The translations under genes were made by a program, and so were the position numbers. A DNA stretch of 64,000 nt from a virus. The DNA is taken from the IMG/VR virus record IMGVR_UViG_3300044451_000434, positions 64,001 through 128,000 of that record; one strand, 5' to 3'. The notes under the pieces are model-generated. The model was not told the origin of the DNA and made no database searches. It worked only from the letters and a program-made list of their open reading frames with translations. Shown here one piece after another: positions 37,552-46,730 of the stretch; within the stretch, counting starts at the first letter, position 1; every line of letters begins with the position of its first letter.

Positions 37552-39730
37552 GGGATTCACCTGCTGGCAAGAAAATTTCTGCCACATCTGTGGAAATGAC
37601 ACGGGGCTCTCCATTATATAAAGATGCAGCAGTTTTGCTCAAAATCCTCCGCTCTTCTATCGCTTCTCTTATATTTGACATGACAACTTGAGAAACTTCA
37701 TCCGCTCGACTGTTGAGAGCGTTCTCTTTTATCCTTATAACCCTCCACCCGAGTTGCGCGAGCTTAATGTCCCTTGCTCGGTCACGCTCGATGGCTTCTG
37801 GGTCTGAATGCCACATTTCTCCATCTGCTTCCAAATCGACCCCTATTTGGGGATATGCAAAATCTAGAAGGAAAGGTTGTCTCTGACCGGGCATGTACTG
37901 CTTAAATTGTGCAAAAAGTGGATAAGGAACCGCAAGTTGGTTGAGAATAGATGCCAATTTCTGCTCAGGCTTTGTCAAAAATATCTGCGTGGGTTGTGAA
38001 TGCTTAGGCATATCTTTTGTCTTGTAACCCTTGCCCTTTTTGAATATCTTTCCAGGCAAAACAGATGCGACTGACGCCATAGGCGGAACTCCAAAGTCGC
38101 CACCAGGAGCAGGGGCTGCGGGCGGAACGCCACCAGGAGGAGAAATCCCCAAATCCATTGGCGGTGCTCCTGACCCAATGGGCGCAGGAGCGGATGGCAT
38201 GCCTCCGCCCATGCCTCCCAACCCTCCAAGATCTCCAATTCCTCCCCCGCCAATGCCACCAGAGCCGCCACCTGAAGTGGCACCAAGAACTTGGCCTCCA
38301 GCACCAGCCATAACCTGTTCTTCCCTCATGCGTGAAATCTCAACGTCGAAGTCTATGTCAAACATATCAAGTAACTTTTGTCTGCTGATAACCGTCTTGT
38401 CATACAACTGCAGGATCTTGTTCAAATATTCAGAGTTGTCACGTAGGCGAAGATCGTTCCACTTTATTTTTGGATACAACCACACGGTTTCATTCAACTG
38501 CTTCGACTTTGCCGTATCAACAAAACCCTGCATTTGAGCAACAGGCAAGAATATGTTTCTCTCGGCCCAATGCGCCAATTCCATTCGCCAAGTTTCAAGT
38601 CTTCTGATGAGAGTCTCCACGCCGACAGCAGCACCAGAATAAGCCTGCATCTCTCCGTTGAGCAAGGTTTGATTGAGCATCAAACCGTCAAGCATCTCCT
38701 TGCCAATATATTCCATCTGATTGCTTATGTCATGGATTTTCCCAGTTGCACCCTCCCAAGTCATCTCGAATGCGTTGTGAGTAACAATGGTCAAATTTGG
38801 ATCATTTGCGACTGCAGCTAGTTGAGCCTGCACATCTGCAATATCCGTCTCATTTGCAGGGCGCTCGGCAGTTCCCACCTTAACTATTCTTATTGGCAAT
38901 ATATGGCGCTCTGCCACGATCCAGTTCGCTGTCATCAACTTGGTTTTGTATGCAATCGTCATGAAGAGTCGACGCAGCAATGACTCTCCATAAGTTCCAT
39001 AAGGACTCCCCTTGTGTCGCAAATGACTCACGCAGCGCGGACTGAGAGGTATGGCCTGCCCAGCAGCAACAAGATCACGAATCTGCGGAGATATCTTGTC
39101 ATAGACATCCTTCGGCTTCTTCTGCTGAACCACTCTACGCAAATCATCATCTGGCAGCATGGCAATTGTTGGGTGGTCAGCAAGTTGCGTGTTTTGAACC
39201 TCAACGAAATCTGGATTGAGAATCATCAGTCTTTTGAATGTTCCACCAGGATGATTGCACACCCTTCCATCGGGAAGTGTTGCTTTGCCTCCACACACTG
39301 GGCAGTCTATTTCCAAAAACACAAAAACATCACCAAGTAAAAAATATTCGTGTGATATCTTTCTGAACCAGTAATCAAGGTTGAGTTTTTCGATCATGTG
39401 CTCAAAATAGTTTAAGACCTTTCGATCTCTGCATTCTAATTTGAATCCATTCATAGGAAATGTTGCATAAAAATCTATGCCACCAGCAGCCTTAGGCTCG
39501 TTTTCATAATAAAAACGTGCCCACTGGTAAACTTCTTTACGCCTGCTTGCAATCTGCCAACTCTGTGGCGTATGCAGGGGAGAGAAAAACATCGGTTGGG
39601 TGAATATGGTGGATACATTCCCGCCCACATACTGAGCCGCTTTGGTCAGCGGCAACGGAACTATTGTTCCGTTTGCATACATCTTGTTGTCCGCAACGAA
39701 TTCACTACTTGTTTTTTTCTTGTTTGCCAT
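37520..39730 (-). CDS. Portal protein with a zinc-ribbon insertion and a C-terminal DUF559/Vsr-like endonuclease domain
   Basis: Portal motifs (EYFLLGDVFVF, SHLRH..SPYGTYGES.L, LYPKIKW..L.L, ISRQKLL). CPVC..CNH insertion, Gly/Pro linker, then PEQKL...LDFAYP..GVDLEADGEMWH....RD..RD..L...GWRVIRI. Confidence 0.88.
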   Translation of the reverse strand: MANKKKTSSEFVADNKMYANGTIVPLPLTKAAQYVGGNVSTIFTQPMFFSPLHTPQSWQIASRRKEVYQWARFYYENEPKAAGGIDFYATFPMNGFKLECRDRKVLNYFEHMIEKLNLDYWFRKISHEYFLLGDVFVFLEIDCPVCGGKATLPDGRVCNHPGGTFKRLMILNPDFVEVQNTQLADHPTIAMLPDDDLRRVVQQKKPKDVYDKISPQIRDLVAAGQAIPLSPRCVSHLRHKGSPYGTYGESLLRRLFMTIAYKTKLMTANWIVAERHILPIRIVKVGTAERPANETDIADVQAQLAAVANDPNLTIVTHNAFEMTWEGATGKIHDISNQMEYIGKEMLDGLMLNQTLLNGEMQAYSGAAVGVETLIRRLETWRMELAHWAERNIFLPVAQMQGFVDTAKSKQLNETVWLYPKIKWNDLRLRDNSEYLNKILQLYDKTVISRQKLLDMFDIDFDVEISRMREEQVMAGAGGQVLGATSGGGSGGIGGGGIGDLGGLGGMGGGMPSAPAPIGSGAPPMDLGISPPGGVPPAAPAPGGDFGVPPMASVASVLPGKIFKKGKGYKTKDMPKHSQPTQIFLTKPEQKLASILNQLAVPYPLFAQFKQYMPGQRQPFLLDFAYPQIGVDLEADGEMWHSDPEAIERDRARDIKLAQLGWRVIRIKENALNSRADEVSQVVMSNIREAIEERRILSKTAASLYNGEPRVISTDVAEIFLPAGESHAEDFSTQDT

Positions 39731-39757
39731 GAGATAATACCCTGTAGTGGTTTTTCG

Positions 39758-39946
39758 TCATGATGCCTGCACAGCAACAATCTTGGCTATAGATGCACCA
39801 CAGTTAATACAATTGGACGCTGTTGGGTTGTTGCAACCATTACAAACCGGACAATTTTTCTTCCAGCCTGCCATTGGCTTTTTTTTCTTGCCATCACTAA
39901 AAGGGGTCGAAAAGGGGTCAAATGCGGCGGTTTTAGATGCTGTCAA
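39758..39946 (-). CDS. Small zinc-ribbon ORF, possibly a -1 frameshift extension of the upstream gene
   Basis: CPVC...CINC; weak TTG start immediately after A_AAA_AAG. Confidence 0.65.
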   Translation of the reverse strand: MTASKTAAFDPFSTPFSDGKKKKPMAGWKKNCPVCNGCNNPTASNCINCGASIAKIVAVQAS

Positions 39947-40914
39947 CCCTTTTTTTTTGATGCAGAAAAATTAAATGGGGCGAAAGTAACGCGACCATCG
40001 TTGCCCTTCAAATCTCCGCGTGCTGCAGACATCCTGGCTTCAAAAGAACGAAACTCAGGAATAAATGGACGTGAACTGCCATCAGCTGGCACACGCAGAT
40101 CATTACCGACTGGTATAACCTTATTTACCTCAAAACGATCCTCGATGTAACCGCCGCCCGAAAGACCATGATCTCCATCGAAAGGACGATAATACTTGTC
40201 CATCACATTGCCACGCCACAATGTTTCAAAATCTATGTCGTAAATACCACCGAAGAAAAACTGATTGCTTTTGTTACGCTCGAGAGCAGAGAGATTGCTC
40301 TCCACATCTCTTATGATCGGACTTGGTCGAACCTGTGTTGGACCAAAAATAACAGTTTTGTCCATATCACCATGTGAGGCCTGCTTGGTCAAGTTGAAAA
40401 CATTTTCCTTGGAAGCAGTCTTGACTGTTTTAATACTCTTCGCAACCCGCTCCGCAAGGATAGCAATCTGCTCATCTGAAGCTTCCACTACCCTGTCAAC
40501 GGCAGTTGCTGCTTTTTCAATTGCATCCACTGGAACCACAGATGGAGAAATCATATCAGAATATATTAGGAATGCCCTGTCAACAACATCAGCAGAACTT
40601 TCTGAATTTTCATCCTGCTGATAAAAATCTTTAAGAGCCTCTTCAAACATGGAGGCGTTAGGTGATGCGCCGAGACGAGGGGCGAAAAAACCATTCCACA
40701 CCTCATTGTAACCAGATCCAGGCTCGTTTTCCCTTCTGAAACTATTCAGGAAATCAAACATTTCCGTGTGATTTGAGAATGACGGCAACTCCACTTGTTC
40801 CAAGCCCGCAGTCTGTGGGGCAACCGGATTCGTGGCAAGTGGGTATTCAGGTATGAGCGGCTGCTCTACCTCCGTCGTTCTTGTCTGCGCAAATTTGGAA
40901 AGATTGAATTTCAA
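39943..40914 (-). CDS. Hypothetical protein, candidate head protein (323 aa)
   Basis: KFAQ, KTAS, KQAS motifs; lies in the terminase-portal cluster. Confidence 0.75.
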   Translation of the reverse strand: MKFNLSKFAQTRTTEVEQPLIPEYPLATNPVAPQTAGLEQVELPSFSNHTEMFDFLNSFRRENEPGSGYNEVWNGFFAPRLGASPNASMFEEALKDFYQQDENSESSADVVDRAFLIYSDMISPSVVPVDAIEKAATAVDRVVEASDEQIAILAERVAKSIKTVKTASKENVFNLTKQASHGDMDKTVIFGPTQVRPSPIIRDVESNLSALERNKSNQFFFGGIYDIDFETLWRGNVMDKYYRPFDGDHGLSGGGYIEDRFEVNKVIPVGNDLRVPADGSSRPFIPEFRSFEARMSAARGDLKGNDGRVTFAPFNFSASKKKG

Positions 40915-41552
40915 TTGGATTTCTTGCCTTTTAGCGCTTCAAACATTCTTGTTACGGCACCAGCATCAGAAGACGAATATCTTCTTGACGCATGCCTCGA
41001 TGCCAAAGAGTCAAACATGGAAGCAGCCATATCTTTGCTGTTGACTGGAGACTGTGGCTGGGCTTCTTGACGTTCGGCGACAGGCAGAGCAACCACGGGA
41101 GCATCTTTGATGTGGGAGAATGCCTCCTTGTCAAAGATGCTGACAGAGTCTTTGCGAATGAGACCTCTGCCGCCAGATTTGCTAGAAAGAGATGAGACAT
41201 GAGCGGCCATCCGCTCCGCAGAGGTAGGCAAGGGCTCTTCCTCTTTGAAAGCATGCTCCTCAACGCTATCCGCAGCAACCCGTGGAGCAGGTGGATCCTT
41301 GAACCCAAAAAGTGTGTCTGATGCAGCTTTTACTCTAAGACTCCCAATATGACCACCTGCATCAATGGTGTGTGAACCTAAAAGTTTATTGCGAATTAAT
41401 CCGCCCCTAGAAACCTCTGCCTCATGAGTGCCAGCCACCTTGCGGGCAAAACCTTCAAGCCAAGAGGGCCTGTAAGGCTCGTCGGCCAATTTTTCAACCT
41501 TGTCTCCAAAAAGCTCAGACCGACCTTCATTTTGATTCTTGAAAATTCTCAT
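40911..41552 (-). CDS. Hypothetical protein (213 aa)
   Basis: Coupled ORF; KLAD, KVAG, KAAS. Confidence 0.7.
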   Translation of the reverse strand: MRIFKNQNEGRSELFGDKVEKLADEPYRPSWLEGFARKVAGTHEAEVSRGGLIRNKLLGSHTIDAGGHIGSLRVKAASDTLFGFKDPPAPRVAADSVEEHAFKEEEPLPTSAERMAAHVSSLSSKSGGRGLIRKDSVSIFDKEAFSHIKDAPVVALPVAERQEAQPQSPVNSKDMAASMFDSLASRHASRRYSSSDAGAVTRMFEALKGKKSN

Positions 41553-42160
41553 ATTCGGAAACCTGCTTTCTTCAGAGCATCTGCTATGGCAGATTTTCTC
41601 ATCACGAAGGCATCATGATGTGCCGAAGCAGCCTTTGTTGGGGCATCTCCTGCAAGATCTGCAAACGAATCATTTTCAGTCGAAGGCTTGATGGCTTCGG
41701 GCTTTTTGCTGCGGAAATTAACTAAATAGTTCCGCCCCTCATGGCTCATTTCTCCATCCAATCCAAACATTGCACAGATCTGACGGCCAATTTCTGAAGC
41801 CCTAGACTCTGTGATGCGAGACTTTTCAGTCGCCGAAGGTATCATGAAAGACCCACTCAACTGACCTGATCCAATCGAAGATCTCTGCTGAAATATTTTT
41901 CTAGAGATCTTCGGGTCTGTCAAATGCCTTGGCTGAACACCAAGATCTTCTAAGACTGAAAAAACATGCTCCCTCAAAGACATATCCATTCCCCCGTTCG
42001 ATGCAGGCGCCTGATCCTGTGACGGGGCGGATAGAGGAGCTGAACTGCCCGTATCCATATAGACAGACCCTATGTCAGGCTGGGGTATCTGTTCATCTGC
42101 CAACTTGAAAAGTTGGCTCTGCATATGCCTGCGTCGACCTACCGGCAGGAAAGACATCAC
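41549..42160 (-). CDS. Hypothetical protein (203 aa)
   Basis: Coupled ORF; KLAD, KAAS. Confidence 0.7.
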   Translation of the reverse strand: MMSFLPVGRRRHMQSQLFKLADEQIPQPDIGSVYMDTGSSAPLSAPSQDQAPASNGGMDMSLREHVFSVLEDLGVQPRHLTDPKISRKIFQQRSSIGSGQLSGSFMIPSATEKSRITESRASEIGRQICAMFGLDGEMSHEGRNYLVNFRSKKPEAIKPSTENDSFADLAGDAPTKAASAHHDAFVMRKSAIADALKKAGFRI

Positions 42161-42844
42161 TCAGTTCTCCGTGTCAAGAACAGCGTCTATAAATTCCTTG
42201 GGCCAAACATTGGACCAATATGAACGGAACTTGCCCTTCTGCTTTTCAGTGAGATTGGCTATCTTTACAAACTTCGGAGACCTAGACGCAGCCTTCGCTG
42301 ACCAACCGGCCTCCTCGGTCATACCGCTAACTTCTTCAGCATCGTCGGCAGCATAAGATGTGCCGCATGCCTCGCATGAGCCTGACTCCTTTGAGTCATA
42401 GCCACACCCAGTGGCAGAAACAGCACCCATAGCCTCTGCGATTGCCTCGTCAGTAGAGTCGTCTTCAATTTCCACATCGGTATCGCAATCCTCCGCCAAA
42501 ACGAGCAAGACTTCATCGTCATTAACCTTGATCACATCGGCAACCTTGACGGTGTGATACGATTCTGCTTCCTTCTTCTTCTTCTTCTTATATTTGGCGA
42601 GTTGCGGAGAAACCGCGCCCTTCACAGTCTCCTTGCCAACAGATTTTTTTTCCTCATTACCCTCACGCTCCTCGATCTTCTCCCTGATGAAGGCGGGCAA
42701 TTCTTTCTTAGCCTCTTTCTTAAATACTTGGTGCGCATCGACTGCAGATGCCTGCTTTTTCATCCCTCCTGCGACATCCTGTATGATGTCATTAAAACTG
42801 CGGGACGGACCACTAACTGAAATTTTGTTGCTGAAGAACTTCAT
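42161..42844 (-). CDS. Hypothetical charged protein, scaffold/core-like (227 aa)
   Basis: AAGGAG SD; KQAS, KEAK, KVAD, KAAS, KIAN; basic and acidic blocks. Confidence 0.75.
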   Translation of the reverse strand: MKFFSNKISVSGPSRSFNDIIQDVAGGMKKQASAVDAHQVFKKEAKKELPAFIREKIEEREGNEEKKSVGKETVKGAVSPQLAKYKKKKKKEAESYHTVKVADVIKVNDDEVLLVLAEDCDTDVEIEDDSTDEAIAEAMGAVSATGCGYDSKESGSCEACGTSYAADDAEEVSGMTEEAGWSAKAASRSPKFVKIANLTEKQKGKFRSYWSNVWPKEFIDAVLDTEN

Positions 42845-42881
42845 AATTGCTCCTTTGTTGCTCTTTTCTCTCGAACCTTGA

Positions 42882-43472
42882 TCACATCCCGTCAGGGAGT
42901 GATGTTTTAGTGATTTCCCATGCCTCGTCTCTCAAGCAGGAAGCTGCCACACGCAGCCTGCCTGCAGTCGAAGGATCTTTCGACTGTATATAAGAGGCTA
43001 CTCTGCCCATTTCGTTTGAACATCGAACCATTCTGTCAGGAATAGCCATTGAATGCTCTGCTACAGCTTCAGGAATGGCAATCCCCTTCGGAGTACCAGA
43101 TGCCACCTTCGTCTCAATTATGGTCTGAAGGTTAAAATCTCCACCCATAGGTTCCTTTTCCCATGATTCACCCGAAGACGCATACTTATTCCAAGTCTTA
43201 ACATCACCAGAAATAGCAGACACGTATTCGCTATGACACTCACTCCATGCCTCCTGAGGGCGCATGCCTTGGGCACGCTTGTGTCTAAAACATCCCTGCC
43301 AGCATCTGCTGTTGCGTACAGCAACCCCCTGTATGCCCATATACTGAGCAGTCTTGACCATACATAGATCAGATGCAACCTTGTCAAGCACGACCGCCTG
43401 CGGTTTACTGCCCTTGGCGTCAAGTCCGTTGGCGATGAGAACGATGTCCTTGATGATATCTGATATTTCCAT
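42882..43472 (-). CDS. Hypothetical protein (196 aa)
   Basis: KVAS x2, KTAQ, KYAS; CWQGC...AW.EC motif. Confidence 0.75.
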   Translation of the reverse strand: MEISDIIKDIVLIANGLDAKGSKPQAVVLDKVASDLCMVKTAQYMGIQGVAVRNSRCWQGCFRHKRAQGMRPQEAWSECHSEYVSAISGDVKTWNKYASSGESWEKEPMGGDFNLQTIIETKVASGTPKGIAIPEAVAEHSMAIPDRMVRCSNEMGRVASYIQSKDPSTAGRLRVAASCLRDEAWEITKTSLPDGM

Positions 43473-43476
43473 GACT

Positions 43477-44319
43477 TTAGGTAACTACAAATTTACGAGT
43501 AAATGTCCTGCTTGGGAAAGAAAATCTAACGATTCTATTCAACAAATAATTTCTCGGCTCGCCAACGGTAGTGTCCCACGAAACAACCACCTGCCTGCGA
43601 CTGGCTTGAGAAAAATGCATATCATGTGGTTCAATCTCTCTTGAAATCATTTTGCCACCCTCTGTCAAGTATTCCACAAGCATTGACTGTCTGTTTACTA
43701 CAGACCACCTGACTGCATCGCCAACTCCTGAAAAATTGGGAATTGGAATAGACGTAGAAATCGCAGAATCTGCTCCAGATCTAGCTGGATCTGTGGTTAT
43801 TTCGACCCTATCTACGGGAACCTTGTCTGCCTGAGGCGGCGGGATTGAGGCAGCGATCTCCCCTTCAAAAGGCTGGAAAACCTTTTCTGGATCTACGATT
43901 TCGGGCTTCAAAGATGTTAGGGGCATTTTTTGGGCAATCTTATAACTTCTACTAAATATGCAACAGGGCGGATTTTCCTCTCTGCTGAGATAACACTCAT
44001 CTCCAACCCTAAAACCATTTTTGGAAAGCCAGCCATCAGGCAGTTCAACAGCCAAGTTGCATGGCTCAGAGGCCGCAACAGATGTCAAGTCGTGGGGCTT
44101 TATCCTGCCAACCGTCACAATTTTACCTGAAGGATTTACAAAGACCACGTCCAATGGCAAAAATGTATTCATGCCCCAAAAACTATGTCGATCTGGTCGG
44201 TCAAACACAAAAGCCATACCATGACCGTCTTCCAATTCATGTCTGAACATCAAACCCCTCTCTCTCAGGTGTGGTTTGTCTGCCAACTCAACCACAACTC
44301 TAGAAAACGGGCTATGCAT
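43477..44319 (-). CDS. DUF192-like domain fused to a C-terminal WYL-like domain
   Basis: RGLMFR..L..GHGMAFVF..P...FW.MNT.LPLDVVF...AVELP.GW (DUF192); VEY......REIEP...SWD.....RNY.L.RI (WYL). Likely ATG at 44319. Confidence 0.8.
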   Translation of the reverse strand: MHSPFSRVVVELADKPHLRERGLMFRHELEDGHGMAFVFDRPDRHSFWGMNTFLPLDVVFVNPSGKIVTVGRIKPHDLTSVAASEPCNLAVELPDGWLSKNGFRVGDECYLSREENPPCCIFSRSYKIAQKMPLTSLKPEIVDPEKVFQPFEGEIAASIPPPQADKVPVDRVEITTDPARSGADSAISTSIPIPNFSGVGDAVRWSVVNRQSMLVEYLTEGGKMISREIEPHDMHFSQASRRQVVVSWDTTVGEPRNYLLNRIVRFSFPSRTFTRKFVVT

Positions 44320-44530
44320 ATTCGGAGACAAAGAAGCCCCCACGAACAAGTCGATCAGCGAAGTCCTCGCACTCATTTTCATCATCAAATTCGAGACGAT
44401 ATCCAGATCCATGACGAAAAACATCGGCTCCGGCACCGCGAGCCTGCCTAACCGCTTTATCCAAGTTCCAAGCACGCTCAAAAGATCCTGAGAGTCTAGA
44501 TGGTCTGTCTTTCAGTATTAAAATTCTCAT
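44312..44530 (-). CDS. Hypothetical 72-aa protein
   Basis: ATGA overlap upstream; the stop overlaps the next start by 8 nt. Confidence 0.55.
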   Translation of the reverse strand: MRILILKDRPSRLSGSFERAWNLDKAVRQARGAGADVFRHGSGYRLEFDDENECEDFADRLVRGGFFVSEYA

Positions 44531-44874
44531 CGACGTGATATTCCTGTTTTAGCTGTGTTCTTGATGGCAAAAACACAATCGTCATCGTTAAGAATAACCG
44601 CTTCTAGGAGCCGCTTGCCACTTGCGGTAATCTTTATCATTTCACCTTGCCATTCTGCAAATCCCAAACTCTCTAGATTGATCAACTCGTCAGTTCTCAA
44701 GCCAAAAGGTCTTTTGAATGTGAGAGGCTCCAATCCAGCTTCGCCAGACTTGAAAAGTGAATATAAGACCTTTGCTGCCTTGCCTTTAGGATCACCGAAT
44801 CCAGATATTGCAGACCCCGATCTCTCACGCATAATGAAATCAAGGATAGAACTGTTTGCTACTTTTGGATTCAT
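44527..44874 (-). CDS. Winged-helix-like small protein
   Basis: LINLESLGFAEW.GEMIKITASGKRLL; likely ATG at 44874. Confidence 0.5.
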   Translation of the reverse strand: MNPKVANSSILDFIMRERSGSAISGFGDPKGKAAKVLYSLFKSGEAGLEPLTFKRPFGLRTDELINLESLGFAEWQGEMIKITASGKRLLEAVILNDDDCVFAIKNTAKTGISRR

Positions 44875-45626
44875 CCCAAATGCCTCCACAGGTATTCCCT
44901 GTACTTGTACGGACTTTCATTTTTCGCGTTATCTATAAGATATGGCTCTGTTGCCAACTCTCTCCAATAAAACCCAGGTCTGAAACGAGGTTCATTGTAT
45001 GCTTCAGTCCAAGAGCGATATCTGTATTGACTCTTGCGAGCGGTCGAATCACCCTCAATGCTCTCCTCTATATCCCTCCATGGAATCACGCGATCACCCA
45101 TAGGAAGATCTAGACGACCGTATGGACCATCCATAACAGAAGCAGTTTTTTGGGGGGATGAAGCACCGAACAACCCGTGCTTATATGAAAGGCGTGCAAT
45201 CATGTACTCATGAAGAGATATTTTGGAAAGCAGCGCAGATATTTCTGAACAAGTAGGAGTTGGCAGTTTTGCCACATCGAATGAAGCCATAAAGTTTATT
45301 ATAATTTCATGCTTCATCTGATCATTTAGCCGATCCTTGGCTGACATGGTGCACAACCCTTCAAGAGCACACACAGCCATTCTTGAACCAACTACAGAGC
45401 ATGAACCCGCAGAGGGAATAGATTCAAGAATGCTGCAAAGTGCTGTCCACAGGTCTTCAAGCACAAGAGCCAATTCATCGGCCCTTTTGGAGAGTGCTGA
45501 TGGGTAATCTGAAGCAAGAACCTGAATCTGAATCTGTGGATCAAAAACAACATCAACGCCAATCTCAACGCCGAGTCGTGCGAGTTCGATCTTAGCCTGA
45601 TCAGGACTTATCTTTGGAGTTGCCAT
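44871..45626 (-). CDS. Hypothetical protein (251 aa)
   Basis: AGGAG SD; KTAS motif before an aromatic-rich C-terminus. Confidence 0.7.
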   Translation of the reverse strand: MATPKISPDQAKIELARLGVEIGVDVVFDPQIQIQVLASDYPSALSKRADELALVLEDLWTALCSILESIPSAGSCSVVGSRMAVCALEGLCTMSAKDRLNDQMKHEIIINFMASFDVAKLPTPTCSEISALLSKISLHEYMIARLSYKHGLFGASSPQKTASVMDGPYGRLDLPMGDRVIPWRDIEESIEGDSTARKSQYRYRSWTEAYNEPRFRPGFYWRELATEPYLIDNAKNESPYKYREYLWRHLG

Positions 45627-45762
45627 CGCACTTTGCTCCTACCAAAGAACTAGAATAATCCTTGTCGTAGATAAGGGTGAAATAACGGCACAAATTCTTG
45701 TGGTTTTTTATTCGCAGATTCTTCAGCACACGAGTTAATTTGTCCGTTGCGATTCTGACCAT

Positions 45763-46284
45763 TCAACCTATCTCCGTGTTCATCATCCCAAAAATGGAAT
45801 CATCAACAATTGCTGCTTTAGATTTTTTAGTTCGGAACGATTTACGTGTAACCTTCTTTTCGGATTGTGGTTGTTTGTCTTTATTTACACACTCATGCTC
45901 GCTAGCAGCATCGGAAGAAACCGAAGCCAAGGGAGAGGAGCATGACAGATATCCGACACTCACTAGTTTCATAGCAGTCTCCATATTTGGATCAGACTTT
46001 TTCAGTATGAAACGCTGGTTGGGGGCCAATGTTCTCTTCAAAAAAGCGACCATGATACCACCCCCCTTAACATTCAAAAACTCTATTTCATCCTCGGATG
46101 TCTTGCTAGACACCCCCTCATCCGCAGAATCAAATGATATGTAGCCTTTCTTCTTAGCCCACAACACATCCTCGTGAGATGCCAATTCGTCTGGCAAATC
46201 AACAACAACACCAGGCTTGAACTTCTTTTTTATCGAAGATAAAATCAATTCACCCTTTAGTGTTTTAGAAACTATTACTTTCAT
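45763..46284 (-). CDS. Hypothetical protein with two tandem ~50-aa domains ending GY(I/L)S
   Basis: Internal repeat ...KKKGYISF / ...VSVGYLSC; GGAG SD. Confidence 0.7.
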   Translation of the reverse strand: MKVIVSKTLKGELILSSIKKKFKPGVVVDLPDELASHEDVLWAKKKGYISFDSADEGVSSKTSEDEIEFLNVKGGGIMVAFLKRTLAPNQRFILKKSDPNMETAMKLVSVGYLSCSSPLASVSSDAASEHECVNKDKQPQSEKKVTRKSFRTKKSKAAIVDDSIFGMMNTEIG

Positions 46285-46727
46285 ATCTTTCTCCTCCTGT
46301 GTAACATTTTTTCCATGCTGCCCGAATTAGGAGCAGCCTCAAATATGGCTCTTCCACGAGAAATTGGAGACGACGGGTCTGCCCATGTTCCATCAGCAGT
46401 TCCCTCTCCATATTCAGTCTCGCCTTCAAGTCTTTCTCGACCCGAGAACGGACTCTCTGGATCACCATAGTCAAAATTGTGATGATATTCTTCCTTATGC
46501 TCGCTAGGGCCCTGTTCCCAAAGCATGAAGTCAGCAGCCATGTCAGGTGGGTCTTCGGCAACACCCTGAGACATGGGCGTTGTAATTTTATTACCCTCTC
46601 CGCTGTTGGGGCCCCGATACAATTTGTATGGATCAACCCTATCAAAGGGGTGAAGAAATGTATTTGGCACAGTTGTACCAAGGTTGGCAACCTTGACACG
46701 CCAACTGTAGCTCTCAAGGTTAAGCAT
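46281..46727 (-). CDS. Hypothetical acidic protein (148 aa)
   Basis: Coupled ORF; N-terminal W.VKVAN. Confidence 0.65.
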   Translation of the reverse strand: MLNLESYSWRVKVANLGTTVPNTFLHPFDRVDPYKLYRGPNSGEGNKITTPMSQGVAEDPPDMAADFMLWEQGPSEHKEEYHHNFDYGDPESPFSGRERLEGETEYGEGTADGTWADPSSPISRGRAIFEAAPNSGSMEKMLHRRRKI

Positions 46728-46730
46728 CAG

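Noticed and set aside
44320-44481. Longer N-terminus for the DUF192-WYL gene
   Set aside because: A coupled 72-aa gene (44312-44530) explains this stretch better, and the domain starts near 44319.
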